NCBI GenBank assembly: GCA_036172245.1
Contig: JAYWIR010000014.1
Location: 3,348,001 to 3,412,000 of the forward strand
Direction of reading: 5' to 3'
Length of the DNA stretch: 64,000 nt
Source of the DNA: Raillietiella orientalis
Taxonomy: Eukaryota
This document shows positions 1 through 11,580 of the stretch, piece after piece. The position numbers were made by a program, and so were the translations under genes. A model generated the notes under the pieces. It searched no databases. It was not told the origin of the DNA and saw only the letters and a program-made list of their open reading frames with translations. Positions within the stretch are counted from its first letter, which is position 1, and each line of letters begins with the position of its first letter.

Positions 1-120
1 GTCCTCTTTGACAGGTCGCCACGGTGCTCTTGCACGGAATCTTGTTGCGCTTCCAGTGTGATCATCCAGGCAGATGCAATCAAACAACGGTTACGCGGAC
101 GACCTCACTTGCACGTGTTA
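1..120 (+). mobile_element. Non-LTR RT fragment (YADD)
   Basis: NGYADDLTC encoded around 86-112; context is decayed. Confidence 0.4.
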
Positions 121-459
121 TAACCGAAACAAAGTCAAAGCCCATTCGATTTAGGCACTCCATATAGTAATTAATCGACGTTTGGCAATATAATAAATCA
201 GCTATGAAAGGCAGCTAGAATCTATGGCGCATGGTTTTATAAATAAATAAATGAGCTGGATAACGATAAACCTATGTTATTTGTTGCACTGATTTACCTG
301 TGTGTCCTGTAATTCACCAGAAACCCCTTGCAGTCCTTTTACGTGATAAACGGAAAACACATGCAAAGTTGTAAGGAAAATAAACACGATAAAACAGCGC
401 AAGAATAGGGAAGGAGTCATGCCGGCGTTCGGGTTAGCTGGTCTCCACATCCAATCTTA

Positions 460-1750
460 AAAAGAATCCTCTGGAGGTGGCTTTTCAATGTTGTCTAAGA
501 GTAAGCAGGGGCCAGATAGAAACCCTGAGGAAGGAATGAAATCCAGGTCACTAAAGTGGTGTGCAGTGAGGGCTTTGTCAGTCAAGGCATCTTGTTTCTC
601 CTGCTTGGTCTCCTTTCGTTGTCACCACGGCGCATTCGCTTCATGATAACGGGTTCTCCACAAAGTCAACGTTCCCCACAACGCAGTTGCTATCGCAGTT
701 GCATGTTGCTATCGAACTCACCAGACTGACACTTTGACTTTGGCCAAAGTGGTCTGAGCTCTTTGTGTTGACTGGGTTGAGTTGGCCTTCTTCTTCTTTA
801 CAGTTTATCAGTTTCGCAAGAAAGGCAGCTCCGTGTCCGATGATGGAGGCGTTCAGAAAAGAATCTCCACTCGTAGTCGTGCTTCTTTGATGCTTAGTTC
901 TGGAGGGCTGCTGAAACGCTTCCAATTTCGATCCCTGCGCTTTCTTCTTCGAAATTCATTCTACCGCAACGACTCAGTGGTTCATTCATACAGGTCGCAT
1001 CCTCATAGGTTCCATCTTGCCTCCTCGGGGTCAATATTCGTTGGGCTGCAGAGGTAGGTCAACTTGCACTAGTTTGTCCAGCACGGCCAGTTGTGTCACT
1101 CACTCTTCATCCTCTGCAACTCGAGCCTTCAGTATATCTTAAAAAATTTTCTGTGTTTCGTAGGGCTTCAGCACACTTTTGAACATAGACCTCGAGGACT
1201 CATAAAGAAAGGGGTCCAGTGAAGAAGCATTACTTGAAGATGTATGTGGATGAAGTGTATATTATCTTTTCGGGTTGACAGAAATGCCTGTCTGTTCGAG
1301 AAAAGATGACATGGATGTGCAAAAACATCTGTTTAATTGGCAAACAAGCAAAACATGCAAGGTATTCACGTATATTGAAGAGCAGTTTACCACCATTCCA
1401 GTCAACATGACCTCTACAAGACAATGCTGCTCTTCCTTCTCCAAAGATTTCTTGACACGACAAAACTGCTTGGCTCTCGTTTGTAGGGATACTGAAGCAC
1501 CGAGGCAAGTCATTACTTTCTCTTAGAACTTCAGAGCGTAGCTCCATTTTGTGCAGCGCCCTATGGCACCCAACAGAAACCAGCTCTAGAGAAAACAGGA
1601 ACCGATGGGATGTTTTTGCTCTCTTGATTTCTTGTTCTTTCGCTATGGATTTGCTACTGCTGTTGTTATTGTTGGTAGTGGTGATTCTCCTCAAGATTGG
1701 AAGACGAACTGAAGAGCACCCTGATGTTTCATGATTCAAATACTCCATTA
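460..1750 (-). mobile_element. Decayed L1/Tx1-like ORF2 fragment (AP endonuclease and linker)
   Basis: Frameshifted EGRAALS / LVEVMLTGMVVNCSSIYV resembles the EN beta-strand region. Confidence 0.4.
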
Positions 1751-2399
1751 CTATTTCCTTCAGCTGTTATTTGCTATATCTCATTTCTGCTGAGATCGCC
1801 GCAGATCGGAAGGGGCCAAAAAATCCCTTTTAGGGATCCTATAGAGTTCTCGGATTACCAAAAGTCTCGGAGTACCAAAGAGATCGATGCATCGAGACGT
1901 CCGGACGGTGACTTTCACATAAACAACGAACGAGATCCACAGCGGTATATCCAAGTGCTCTTAAAGGATACGAGCCACACGCACTCGGGTCTAATATTGT
2001 ATGTGGAACAGAACCATTTCCTGCAAACAGGAGGTTAAAGTATCATCTGTGCCATTTACGTGACTACGAATTTGATCTGGCACAGAGAGAGATTTCTCGT
2101 GCCAGATTTCTCGCGTCTTTGCAGGCCCAAGCGACTGGCTCCTAGTCCAAAACGCTCGAAGAAGAACGAAGCCGGAAGATAAACATCGATTTTACATACG
2201 CCATGAGTTTTCTACAATGGTGGAAAGCATAGCCTCTGGCATCTTTATCCTCAGGTGCCTAGCACATTTCCTCTTCATCTTGGGAACCCCTCCATTAAAT
2301 CTTCACATCGACAGGCCTGAAAGTCGCTGCTCATGAGCTCGACTGGAATGCTAGGAGTGATCTACCTACGGCTGTGACTCAACACTTTCTAGAAACCCC

Positions 2400-4200
2400 T
2401 TTGCGGTCACTGACACCGATCATCCGGCTTTACCAGGCGATAGGAGGACATTCTCAACAGAATCTGCAGTTTAATCCAATACAGTAGCGAGTCTTCAGCA
2501 GACAAGAAAAAGCACTTCTTTGTGTTTGCTCTAGGACGCCAAGCGCAAGTGGTAAATCGAGAGGAGGTCTCACGCGATAGATGCGTACGAGTGCACACAA
2601 AGAAAGTTCGATGCTGGGCAGATCTGTCCGCGCTGCTTTTCGAAACCGAGTTTCCGGGTCAGCCCGCCCTCGCTGGAGACCGCGTGGATCAACGCACGTG
2701 CCGACATCGGTAGAAATGGCGGCAGCAGGAATGAATGGACCTGCTCGAAGAGCGCATGCCCTGCCGCCGCCGGAACCGTCGAGAGAGAGCCCGAGCAGCC
2801 GGCCTCTCCGATGGTGGTCGAAGGATAGTTGCCGGAATCATCTCGCGACATCATCCCGTGGCTATACCTCGACAAAATGAAGCTCCTTGAGGTTGTCTCC
2901 AGTATCTGATACAGCCGTGACATCCATTGGAATTATGGGGTCGGACATCCTCCCGACGAAGGAGATGCCCGGAGCACTGATGTCCCAGAGCTGGTACCAA
3001 CCGATGGGTAGGTGGGCAGAGAATTCTTGGTCCGGACTGCGGAGACGGGCGTGCCCGGTGACCGGATGTTTCTCACGGAATCCGAAGAACGAACCCGTGC
3101 GCAAGGACAGGCAGCAGGAACGCGGGGCGACGCGAGCGCCCAGAGGTGTCTGTGCTGCTCGCCAGCCCGGCGACGCTTCCAGCCACACCAAAGTCACGGG
3201 ACGGTGAGGAAGCGCTGAAGGACCACCTTCGGGGCGGCGCACACGGACCCCAATAAAGCCTAAGCTCGACGCCCCTGATATGGATCTTTTACCTCCACTT
3301 TCTAAATTATGTTCATAGCCTCTTGTCATGAGTAGAGGTTTGCCCCATCGAGACAACCGAGGAAGATTCGACTTCGCTTCAGAAGCTGAGGGGTCCGTCA
3401 GGATGGAGTCTTGCTATTGAGTAGCTCTTGGAAGCCAATCTTGGCTGGAATTCATAGTGGCGGCCAGAGAAGGTGTCACCATTTCCAGGAACGCGACCAC
3501 TTCTACGGGAGCTCCAACGACTCCATCTGCTTGCCCAGCTTCATGTGAGAGAGTGCTGCCTGTGTGACGCCGCCTTCGTTGCTTGTTGGACATGCTGATC
3601 ATAGCCATGCAAACCAGCTCACCAGGAAGAATCCCTGGACACATGAATGAGTTTTTGCAACGCCCCCTGCAGTTCGCATCCACGAAATCAGAAAGTCTGC
3701 AGGCGCTCAGAAGATCTCGATCGCCACGAGCACGCCTTTCCTCCTAGAAGAACTCCTGATTTTCCTACCCTTTCGCGGTTTTGCGATTTACGGGATGCAA
3801 GAACACTTTGACTCGGGAGCTGCTTCCTTCCTCCGGAGTCCAGTGTTCTAAGCCATGGCTCCTGTGATTCATCACTTGCTGGAGAGGAGGCACTGAAAAG
3901 TCAGATGTCCATCCGGGTTCTCGAGGAACTTTGGGAACCATCAGGCACGTTTGGTCTCCTCGAGGTGCGGTACTGTGGCGGGACTCGTTCTTGCTGACTT
4001 TTGTCTTTTCGAGACAACTGAGAGCTCCCAGAGGAGAGCCGAGCAGGAGTGTCTGCTCGTGCCGGCCCACCAAAGAATCTCTTCTTTCCCGTTTTCTCGC
4101 GCGTCACAGGAAGCAGACCGGAACCAGAGAAATCACGCGGTCTTTGCACACACCTTCTAGGAGATGAAGACCCTGGGGAAAGGGAGGGAGATGGCGAAAG
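2400..4200 (-). mobile_element. Decayed L1/Tx1-like ORF2 (RT N-terminus to zf-RVT); includes the left IR arm
   Basis: RGDRDLLSACRLSDFVDAN (like KGD..L.NWRPI), LQKLIHV, KW..YQGR, LGSVCAAPKVVLQ..LWCGW, HALFE. Confidence 0.6.
2504..3293 (-). repeat. Left arm of a 790-bp inverted repeat (post-RT part of an L1/Tx1-like ORF2)
   Basis: Reverse complement of 7201-7990; I could see only about 3 differences (1 substitution, two 1-nt indels). Confidence 0.97.
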
Positions 4201-4249
4201 CAAAGGAAAGCTCCGATTGCAGTTAATTTCGGTTCAGGACAAATTCAAT

Positions 4250-4480
4250 TTAGTGATTGCCAAATGAGGGCCGCATGCCACTTGAAAAGCGGGAGACCAG
4301 TTCAGAGGCATCTGTTTTCATACTGGATGCTGAGAGATTAAGTACGCACGTGTTCCCCCTCCAGCTGAGCTTTTGCGAAGCAAAGGCCAAGTAATTGGGG
4401 GATGACAAAGGAGGGGAAGGATGAAAAGAATTATGCGAGCAGCTTCCATTTTGGTGAAGTTTCCTGAGCACGTGGAGCAC
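4250..4480 (-). mobile_element. L1/Tx1-like RT thumb fragment
   Basis: KLSWRGNTCVLNLSASS matches the LS.RGK..VLN..A.S motif. Confidence 0.5.
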
Positions 4481-4598
4481 GGAAGAGAAAAGACAAATTG
4501 TGAAACAACTAATAAGAGGAATTTTGCATTGAGAGGAAACAGAGGGTTTCCGTAATCAGAGAACGCAAGAAATGTCTAAGGAGTTGTGGAAAAATGGA

Positions 4599-5790
4599 TC
4601 AGATGATCCGACTGACTTCCTCGTCGTTGACAACTAAAAGGGAGTTTTTGGCCAGGGAGTGGGAGAGGTGGAAGTGTGTCAGGTAGAATGCAGACCCAGT
4701 TTCCGCTTCAAGGCTTCGGTCTATCTCTCTATGTCCTGACTCATCTTTCCTCTGGCTGTGTGGTCCTCCAGAACAAGCACGCAGTACTTCTGAAGGAAGA
4801 AGAGGTCCTTGTTCAAGTGCTTCTTAAACTCCTTCTCCTTGAGAAGTCTTCAAAGATTCCTTCCGGGACTCCTTCATCTTCTCGAAGCCGAGCAATGGGT
4901 CACTTGCTGTCTTTCATGCTGGACGAGATTCTCGTCTCCAGCACAATCAGCGCGTATGGCTTTTGGAGGCTGAGCAGGAGGTGCTTGGTCTTTAGCACGT
5001 TGAAGAAGCTTTCGTAGCACCTGATTCAGCGTGCTGCCTGTGAAGAGACCTCCTTTTCTTAGATACCGTCCCGGATAAGGAAGAACAGTCTGTCCCTCCA
5101 GAAAAAATGGGAGCGCCCGTCAAGGAGAGATGGGTCTCTTAACTTGTTCTCGAAGTTGTCTGTCTCCTCATGGACTCCTCTGATGTCAGCCAGGTAATGG
5201 AAACAGCCCGTATCCTCGAGACAAGAGGCTGCGAGATGCACTCCAGAGTTCCTCGATGATCTGCGATTCTCTATTGTCTTCCTGTTCCTCTCCCAGGGTA
5301 AGAACTTAACGATCATCTTGCTGTCTTTTTGCAAGGGGTAGTGGCTTTGAATTGCATGCTGAGGGAGGCACACAGTGCCTCTGTTCTCTTGGTAACTGGC
5401 ACTGGTTCCTCACATGGACGTACTATTCACCAGAAGACGTTCATAAGCATCAGGAACATCTTCCAGTCATGACCTGAAGCCACCATCAGTGCTGTCATCC
5501 CAGAGGACAACACTGTGGACCGAGCATTTCCGGCATGCGGAATCGCATCGACCAAACAGGTCCAGTGGGATAGCGAAAACCCCCGGAGGCTCCGAACACG
5601 AGGCTGAAGTTTGGACCACCGCAGAGGTGACCACTTTGTATGATGCCCTCACATCACTAGGAACTCCTCCGCCGTGAAGACCCTTGAAAATTCATCATGC
5701 AGAAGTTATTCCTCAACATCAAGGAAACTGAGAAGCTCATTTTTTCATTCAAGACCAGGGAACGCAGCGGTCACGATATGCTCGCATAGG
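4599..5790 (-). pseudogene. Unidentified intronless decayed ORF (about 400 codons)
   Basis: Long GC3-rich reading frame broken by several stops and frameshifts (...MIVKFLPWERNRK...FFWRDRLFFLIRDGI...CYESFFNVLKTKHLLL...KEKEFKKHLNKDLFFLQKYCVLVLED...VNDEEVSRII*). No LINE motif recognised. Confidence 0.5.
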
Positions 5791-6089
5791 AGGGGGGAAG
5801 CTGACTGGATGGAACGCACTTGGGTCGCGGATTTACGACGAGTTTCGTGGTTACCTAGGGGATTAGGGTTGAGAAGGATCTCGAACGATTTTTTTTAGCC
5901 ACGCGGGAGCCAGGACGTTCGTTTCTTATAAGGAAAAGCCACATGGGGATGATGTTCCTATGACTCATCAGTTCGGAGTGTGACACAGGCAACTCTCAGG
6001 CCATCTGCGGACGCAGACCGCACTAATAGGGTCGAGAAGTAAAAAATAGATAAAGAGATAGATGTCGAGGGAGAGGGAGGGAGGGAGTT

Positions 6090-6550
6090 GCCGGATTACG
6101 GGTCATTTCTGCCGCAAACTGCGCATGATGTAGATGACACCATTCTTTAATGTGTATGTGGCCACCTCATCATTCCTTTTAGCGGGGTCGCGACTTTGAA
6201 GGTAACTCTGCCGGCATAGGTCCGGGGCGAGGCGTACTAATCGCCATGCTGCGGATGCAGCCCGTGATCTCAATCACTGCAGCTGGAGAAAAATCTCCTC
6301 TGGAGAAGAGAGCGCCACACGAGGCTCCTGGGGGTGTTCGTGCCGTTCTGACAGCAGAGGGAACGGTCTCGTCCTCCCTACTACCTCAGTGGCGTAGCTG
6401 CAGGAAGTGGATGTTGAAGGTGAGGAGCGATATATCCAAGGGGTCCTCCGGAGAACACCGGCGACAAGAGACGATACCTCTTGCCGCATTCATCTCCTTC
6501 GTTTCCACAGAAACAACCGAACAGAATAGCCGGAAACATCTGTTTTTCAC
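6090..6550 (-). mobile_element. LINE ORF2 3' fragment
   Basis: MVSSTSCAVCGRND zf-RVT-like remnant. Confidence 0.35.
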
Positions 6551-6689
6551 AGAAGGCAGAGTCCGTTTCCTTGCCCATAAAGATCATGGATTTCGTTTTT
6601 GTTTTCCAGTCAATCGATAAAGTTCGGAGGGTGTAGTCAGTTGCGTGTGGTTCTTCGGCTAAAAGACCAAAAGGGTGGCAGAACACTTA

Positions 6690-7200
6690 CCAACGCCCAA
6701 GACACGGCACTCCCTACGAATTCAAGGAAGGCGGCTTTCGGAATTCCCACAAGTTCGCTACGACTACGTGGCGCCCCCGTCGCCTGCATGCCACGCAGCC
6801 GCCACAGGCGCTCCGCTTCGAGAGCGGCTCGTGGAGTCGGCTCTCATCCGGCTGCCACGCAATCCCGGGGATGCAACTCCCATGGCCAAGACCGAGAACG
6901 GCCGCTTGCCGTGGTGTGTCCCGCGAGAGTGTCCCGGAGACAATCGCTTCGAGGAAAGGGGAGCGTCGGAGAGGGGAGAGACGAACAGGCAGAGTTCCCG
7001 ATTGCCTCCTTCGTCGCGTTGCTCTCTCCTTTGGGACGTTCTGTCCAGCGCCGGAAACCCACGCGACCAAGCGGCGACGGCCTCACGCCTTCGAGTAGGC
7101 CGCGTGGCGTGTGGCCGTCGCCAAGTGCTGCTGTTTCCGTAAGCGTTGCTGGGGAGGAAGAGAAAGAGGTGGTGACCATGGTGTGGTGGGAGAATGCGGC
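6690..7200 (+). mobile_element. L1/Tx1-like endonuclease/linker fragment abutting the right IR arm
   Basis: IQGRRL..YVAP, PRGVW, VWWE motifs in shifting frames. Confidence 0.45.
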
Positions 7201-7990
7201 GGTAAAAGATCCATATCAGGGGCGTCGAGCTTAGGCTTTATTGGGGTCCGTGTGTGCCGCCCCGAAGGTGGTCCTTCAGCGCTTCCTCACCGTCCCGTGA
7301 CTTTGGTGTGGCTGGAAGCGTCGCCGGGCTGGCGAGCAGCAAGACACCTCTGGGCGCTCGCGTCGCCCCGCGTTCCTGCTGCCTGTCCTTGCGCACGGGT
7401 TCGTTCTTCGGATTCCGTGAGAAACATCCGGTCACCGGGCACGCCCGTCTCCGCAGTCCGGACCAAGAATTCTCTGCCCACCTACCCATCGGTTGGTACC
7501 AGCTCTGGGACATCAGTGCTCCGGGCATCTCCTTCGTCGGGAGGATGTCCGACCCCATAATTCCAATGGATGTCACGGCTGTATCAGATACTGGAGACAA
7601 CCTCAAGGAGCTTCATTTTGTCGAGGTATAGCCACGGGATGATGTCGCGAGATGATTCCGGCAACTATCCTTCGACCACCATCGGAGAGGCCGGCTGCTC
7701 GGGCTCTCTCTCGACGGTTCCGGCGGCGGCAGGGCATGCGCTCTTCGAGCAGGTCCATTCATTCCTGCTGCCGCCATTTCTACCGATGTCGGCACGTGCG
7801 TTGATCCACGCGGTCTCCAGCGAGGGGCGGGCTGACCCGGAAACTCGGTTTCGAAAAGCAGCGCGGACAGATCTGCCCAGCATCGAACTTTCTTTGTGTG
7901 CACTCGTACGCATCTATCGCGTGAGACCTCCTCTCGATTTACCACTTGCGCTTGGCGTCCTAGAGCAAACACAAAGAAGTGCTTTTTCTT
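7201..7990 (+). repeat. Right arm of the 790-bp inverted repeat
   Basis: Reverse complement of 2504-3293. Confidence 0.97.
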
Positions 7991-9113
7991 CATTTCTATC
8001 AAGGTTTTTTCGTGTTTATTGTTTACGTTTCATCATCTCACTACTGGTCGTAAAGATTGTATCTGGAGTGGTCACTTTCACTTTCGAAGCTGATAGCAAG
8101 TATCGGAGCGCAAGAACGGAAATTCCAAAGATAAGCTGATTAGTCTCCAGAACATGATAAAAGTGGATTTCTTGGAAACTGAGACTCTGTGAGTGTTTGT
8201 GATCGACTAGAGCATCTTCTGCTTAGATGTTTCCCTCTTTCGCTCTCTCTCGCTAGCCCGCGAGCGCATGCGAGATCTCCGATGTAAATCACTGCTTTCG
8301 AGAGAAAGTAGAAGATTAAGGATCTTCTCTCCTGAATTTCAGGTTGAAGGAAGATTAAACGTCACAACTCAGTCTCGAAAAGCAAACCGTGCTGTACCCA
8401 AGGACAAAAGCAGATGCGAAGGGAAGACTGGGCACGGAAAGGCCTTCAGGGATGTGTCGCGCTCCAGTATTTCATAACTAAATTTGTAGGATTTGGTTTT
8501 TTAGTACTGCCAAGTGAGAGATTCAATGGGAACGCTTGCTGCATTGTCGGAATGGAGATTTATCCGTACACTTTACAGCTTCTGCAACCAGTGGCGCGAC
8601 GACGACACACAATCAGGTATGTGACGTCACACGCTAAAGGTGTAATGAGAAAGATCATCAAATGTGAGTTGCATGATGTTGGAAAAACAATGCCACACAA
8701 TATTCTGGTTGTTCTCCAAACATTATGCCTATAGAGGGAATAATCTTCGAGAAGGAGGATGTTTGAATTGAGAAACAGAGCAGTCCCTTACACGGAAACT
8801 GAAGGAATACGCAGTCTGGGAAGATGAGAAACGGAAGAGTCATCATTTGGAAAAATGAAAGTGTTTTTTCGAGTTTCGATTTTCTTTTGAGGCAGTCTAC
8901 AGATAAATCAATAGTTCCTATTTATTTGAGAGGATGAGATCAGAGGCAGTTGGAGAGGAGGAAGCGTTACCATTTTTAGAACTGGAGTCCAAAATCTTTT
9001 GAAGACGATGAACGCAAATCTCTAAAACGAAATGGACCGTATCTGTCACAGAGCCCACAGTTTTTTTTTTTTCTGTGAAAACCCTGACTATGACCAGCCT
9101 AGAAAACAGATTT

Positions 9114-9149
9114 AAATATTATAGAAGCTTATGAGCTTCTATAATATTT
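9114..9149. repeat. Perfect hairpin, 16-bp stem, 4-nt loop
   Basis: AAATATTATAGAAGCT-TATG-AGCTTCTATAATATTT. Confidence 0.9.
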
Positions 9150-9379
9150 GTATTCGTGGTCTTCAGATTTCTCTTCCTAGTTTGCGCTTGAGCTGATATT
9201 CGTAATTCCCAGAGTCCTGCTAACAATTTCTAAGCAGTTTCCGATTCATTTAACAACACTTAGTATTGACAAACAGTTCATCTGACTTCCGGTCTTTTAA
9301 ACTGCAGATCATTGGCACTTCCAAGCACTTCAAAACTAAAAAAGACAGATGAAGATGGAGATGTTTCTTTCAGGTGTAC

Positions 9380-10430
9380 ATCCATCTAGTCGGTTCGAAT
9401 GGTCACATGAGACACGTGGTTTCATGAGCTGCTTGATCAGATGAGATGAACTGAATGATCGGATCGCGATGGTTCAAAGTATTCAGTTCAAACCATTTGG
9501 GTGCTCAAGTGGTTCACACTGCCCTATGAATGGCGTGGAATGCGCAGATCCAAGGAAGGCACCCCTGTGCTTTCCATGTGGTTCATGAGTGCCATTGTAT
9601 TGACTGGAGTATTTCCAGTTCAGCGTTTTCTGAGAAATATCTCCATCTCTGGGTAACAGGCAAGTTAGACATCACCTCTGGGAGGTATGCTTTGGGGAGT
9701 AGCAGTGCTTGTCAGAGCAAAATCGTCTTAGGTCTTCAGTGATAGAGAAAATCCCAGTAGGGCTTGCCACTTGCTCCACGGAAGATGAGGCGTTGTATAG
9801 TTTTGATTCGCAAGAAATTTTACAAGATTTTTGCTACCGAAAAGTCAAGGAAAGTTGGATGCTGCGCCCGTTTCTTATCGGTTCGCGCGTGTCATTGTGG
9901 TGTCCGGATGATGTGTGTGACTGTTGTTCCATCGTTGTTATTCGTCTCCTATTTTTGGAAAAACTCACCTTGCGAATAGAATGAATAAAGGGAACGAATT
10001 AGAATCACGGCCCACCAATTTTTCCTATGCGAATGGGAATCGCCATGTTTCTGTTTGACCTCACGGCCGCAAGCGTGCAACCTAGGGATGGCCCGGACCT
10101 CGAGTACAGCCGTGCACGTCGACGGAATTCTGTGTCGTGCAGCTACGCTCATCGACGTTCTAAAAGTTTCGTTGGGAGAACGCGGAAGTTTCTCTGCAAG
10201 GACGCTCTTTACAGGATTTGAGCTTCGTTTCCTCGTGACTTCATCTTGGCTCATCTGAACTGGTGTGCCTTCAGTTTGAGGATGACACCAAGAGGTTGAA
10301 GCATCGCGGGCTTGAATCAAGGAAGAGGTTCGAACTTCGGGAAGGTACGATTTGGGTTTCAGACGGCGATGTTTGGTGTTGGACTGTTTAGCTGAGAATG
10401 CGCCACTTGCGGATATCCAGTTCATAAAGA
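9380..10430 (-). mobile_element. Decayed LINE RT fragment
   Basis: TFLDFSVAK and KLYNASSSVEQVASPTGIFSITEDLRRFC (like LY..ASS.V..NG..T..F.I..GVRQGC). Confidence 0.55.
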
Positions 10431-10559
10431 TTGCTCTTCTTGAGTCTGTAGCTGCCGAGCTGTTCGTATGTTAGCAGCACTTTTTTTTTTTTTTTTAATA
10501 GGCCCGTAGCGACTCCCACGAGGAGATCGTTACTATTGGCCTAGGACGATGGAAATCCT

Positions 10560-11580
10560 TGGGTTCTTCTTTTTCTTCTGACTTTGCTGTTCTTATTCGC
10601 TTTCTTTCAGTTTTTTTTTTTTTTCTTTTTAAGAGTTTTCTTTTTTTTGGTTCGCTAAGTACCTCAGAGCCGGTCGCGTGCCTCGCGGCGCACGTGGCTC
10701 TTTTTTTAAACATTAAACACACTATTTTGTTTCCACGCCCCTCCGCCCGCGGCAACCCGCAGGGCGGCGTTTAATTCTTCAGGATAGTGGGCACCCCGGG
10801 CTGGGGGTCCGCCCTATGAATCCAGGAAGGGCTCGGAGTCCGTTCCTCTCACGCTTGGGGAGGGATCCCCCCGGACGGTGAGGATCGCATCTCCCACCCT
10901 GGTTGTCTCCGAAGGGGAACCCCGAAGGGAATCTCCTTCCTCATTCTCTCCGGAGGGACACCCCCTGGGAGGGGGGTGGTCCTCTCCATTTTTTCTTCTC
11001 CGAAGGGAACCCGGAAAGGATCCGCTTGTAGGAATTTCCTCCCTGGAGGGAACCCGCAAGGGAACCGCTCCTTGTTCACTCTGAAGAGAACCCCGAAGGG
11101 ACGCTTCCGAAACTCAGAAGGGGCGCTGCAGCTTCCCGCAGGGAATCGCTCTCTCTCGCTTCCTTGTGCACTCTGTGAAGAGGCGACGACTCGGAGGGTC
11201 CCCCGGTGGGGGAAGGGGTCCGCTCTCCGTTGCACGACAGGAGGGGAAACGCCCCACTCCTTGAATCCTGGGAGGACCCGAAGGTCGACTCCGATTGTTC
11301 CGGCCTTCATCGGGAGCTTCCGGCTTAATCCACCTCCGGTGCCACGCCCGAATGTCTCGGCCAGCGCCATGGCAGGAGAAACTCGGAACTCGACGACGCA
11401 GTTGTGTCAGAGTTTCTGCCGGAGTATACGAACCCGCGACCCATGGTGCCACGCGCGGAAGCCTTAACCACAAAGCCTCCGACGCGGGCAGCTCTTTTGG
11501 GGGGAAAAGCAAACCCTTCATCCCCATCCTATCAGGCGGTGGGGCAAGCAAACTGAATTTGTCAGACGCGATCGTCACGA
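10560..11580 (-). mobile_element. 5'-truncated LINE 3' end (family C) with tandem-repeat 3' UTR and poly(A)
   Basis: Poly(T) on + near 10612-10630; array of roughly 40-bp units at 10830-11110; homologous to 38510-39020 (shared CTTCTCCGAAGRGAACCCGGAAAGGATCCGCT). Confidence 0.65.

Noticed and set aside
2504..7990. TIR DNA transposon or Polinton bounded by the 790-bp inverted repeats
   Set aside because: No target-site duplication, no transposase, integrase or polB motifs seen inside, and the arms are internal LINE ORF2 sequence with the left arm continuous with its flanks.
10830..11110. CRISPR-like repeat-spacer array
   Set aside because: Units are degenerate over their whole length, there are no unique spacers or cas genes, the context is eukaryotic, and the array is part of a LINE 3' UTR.
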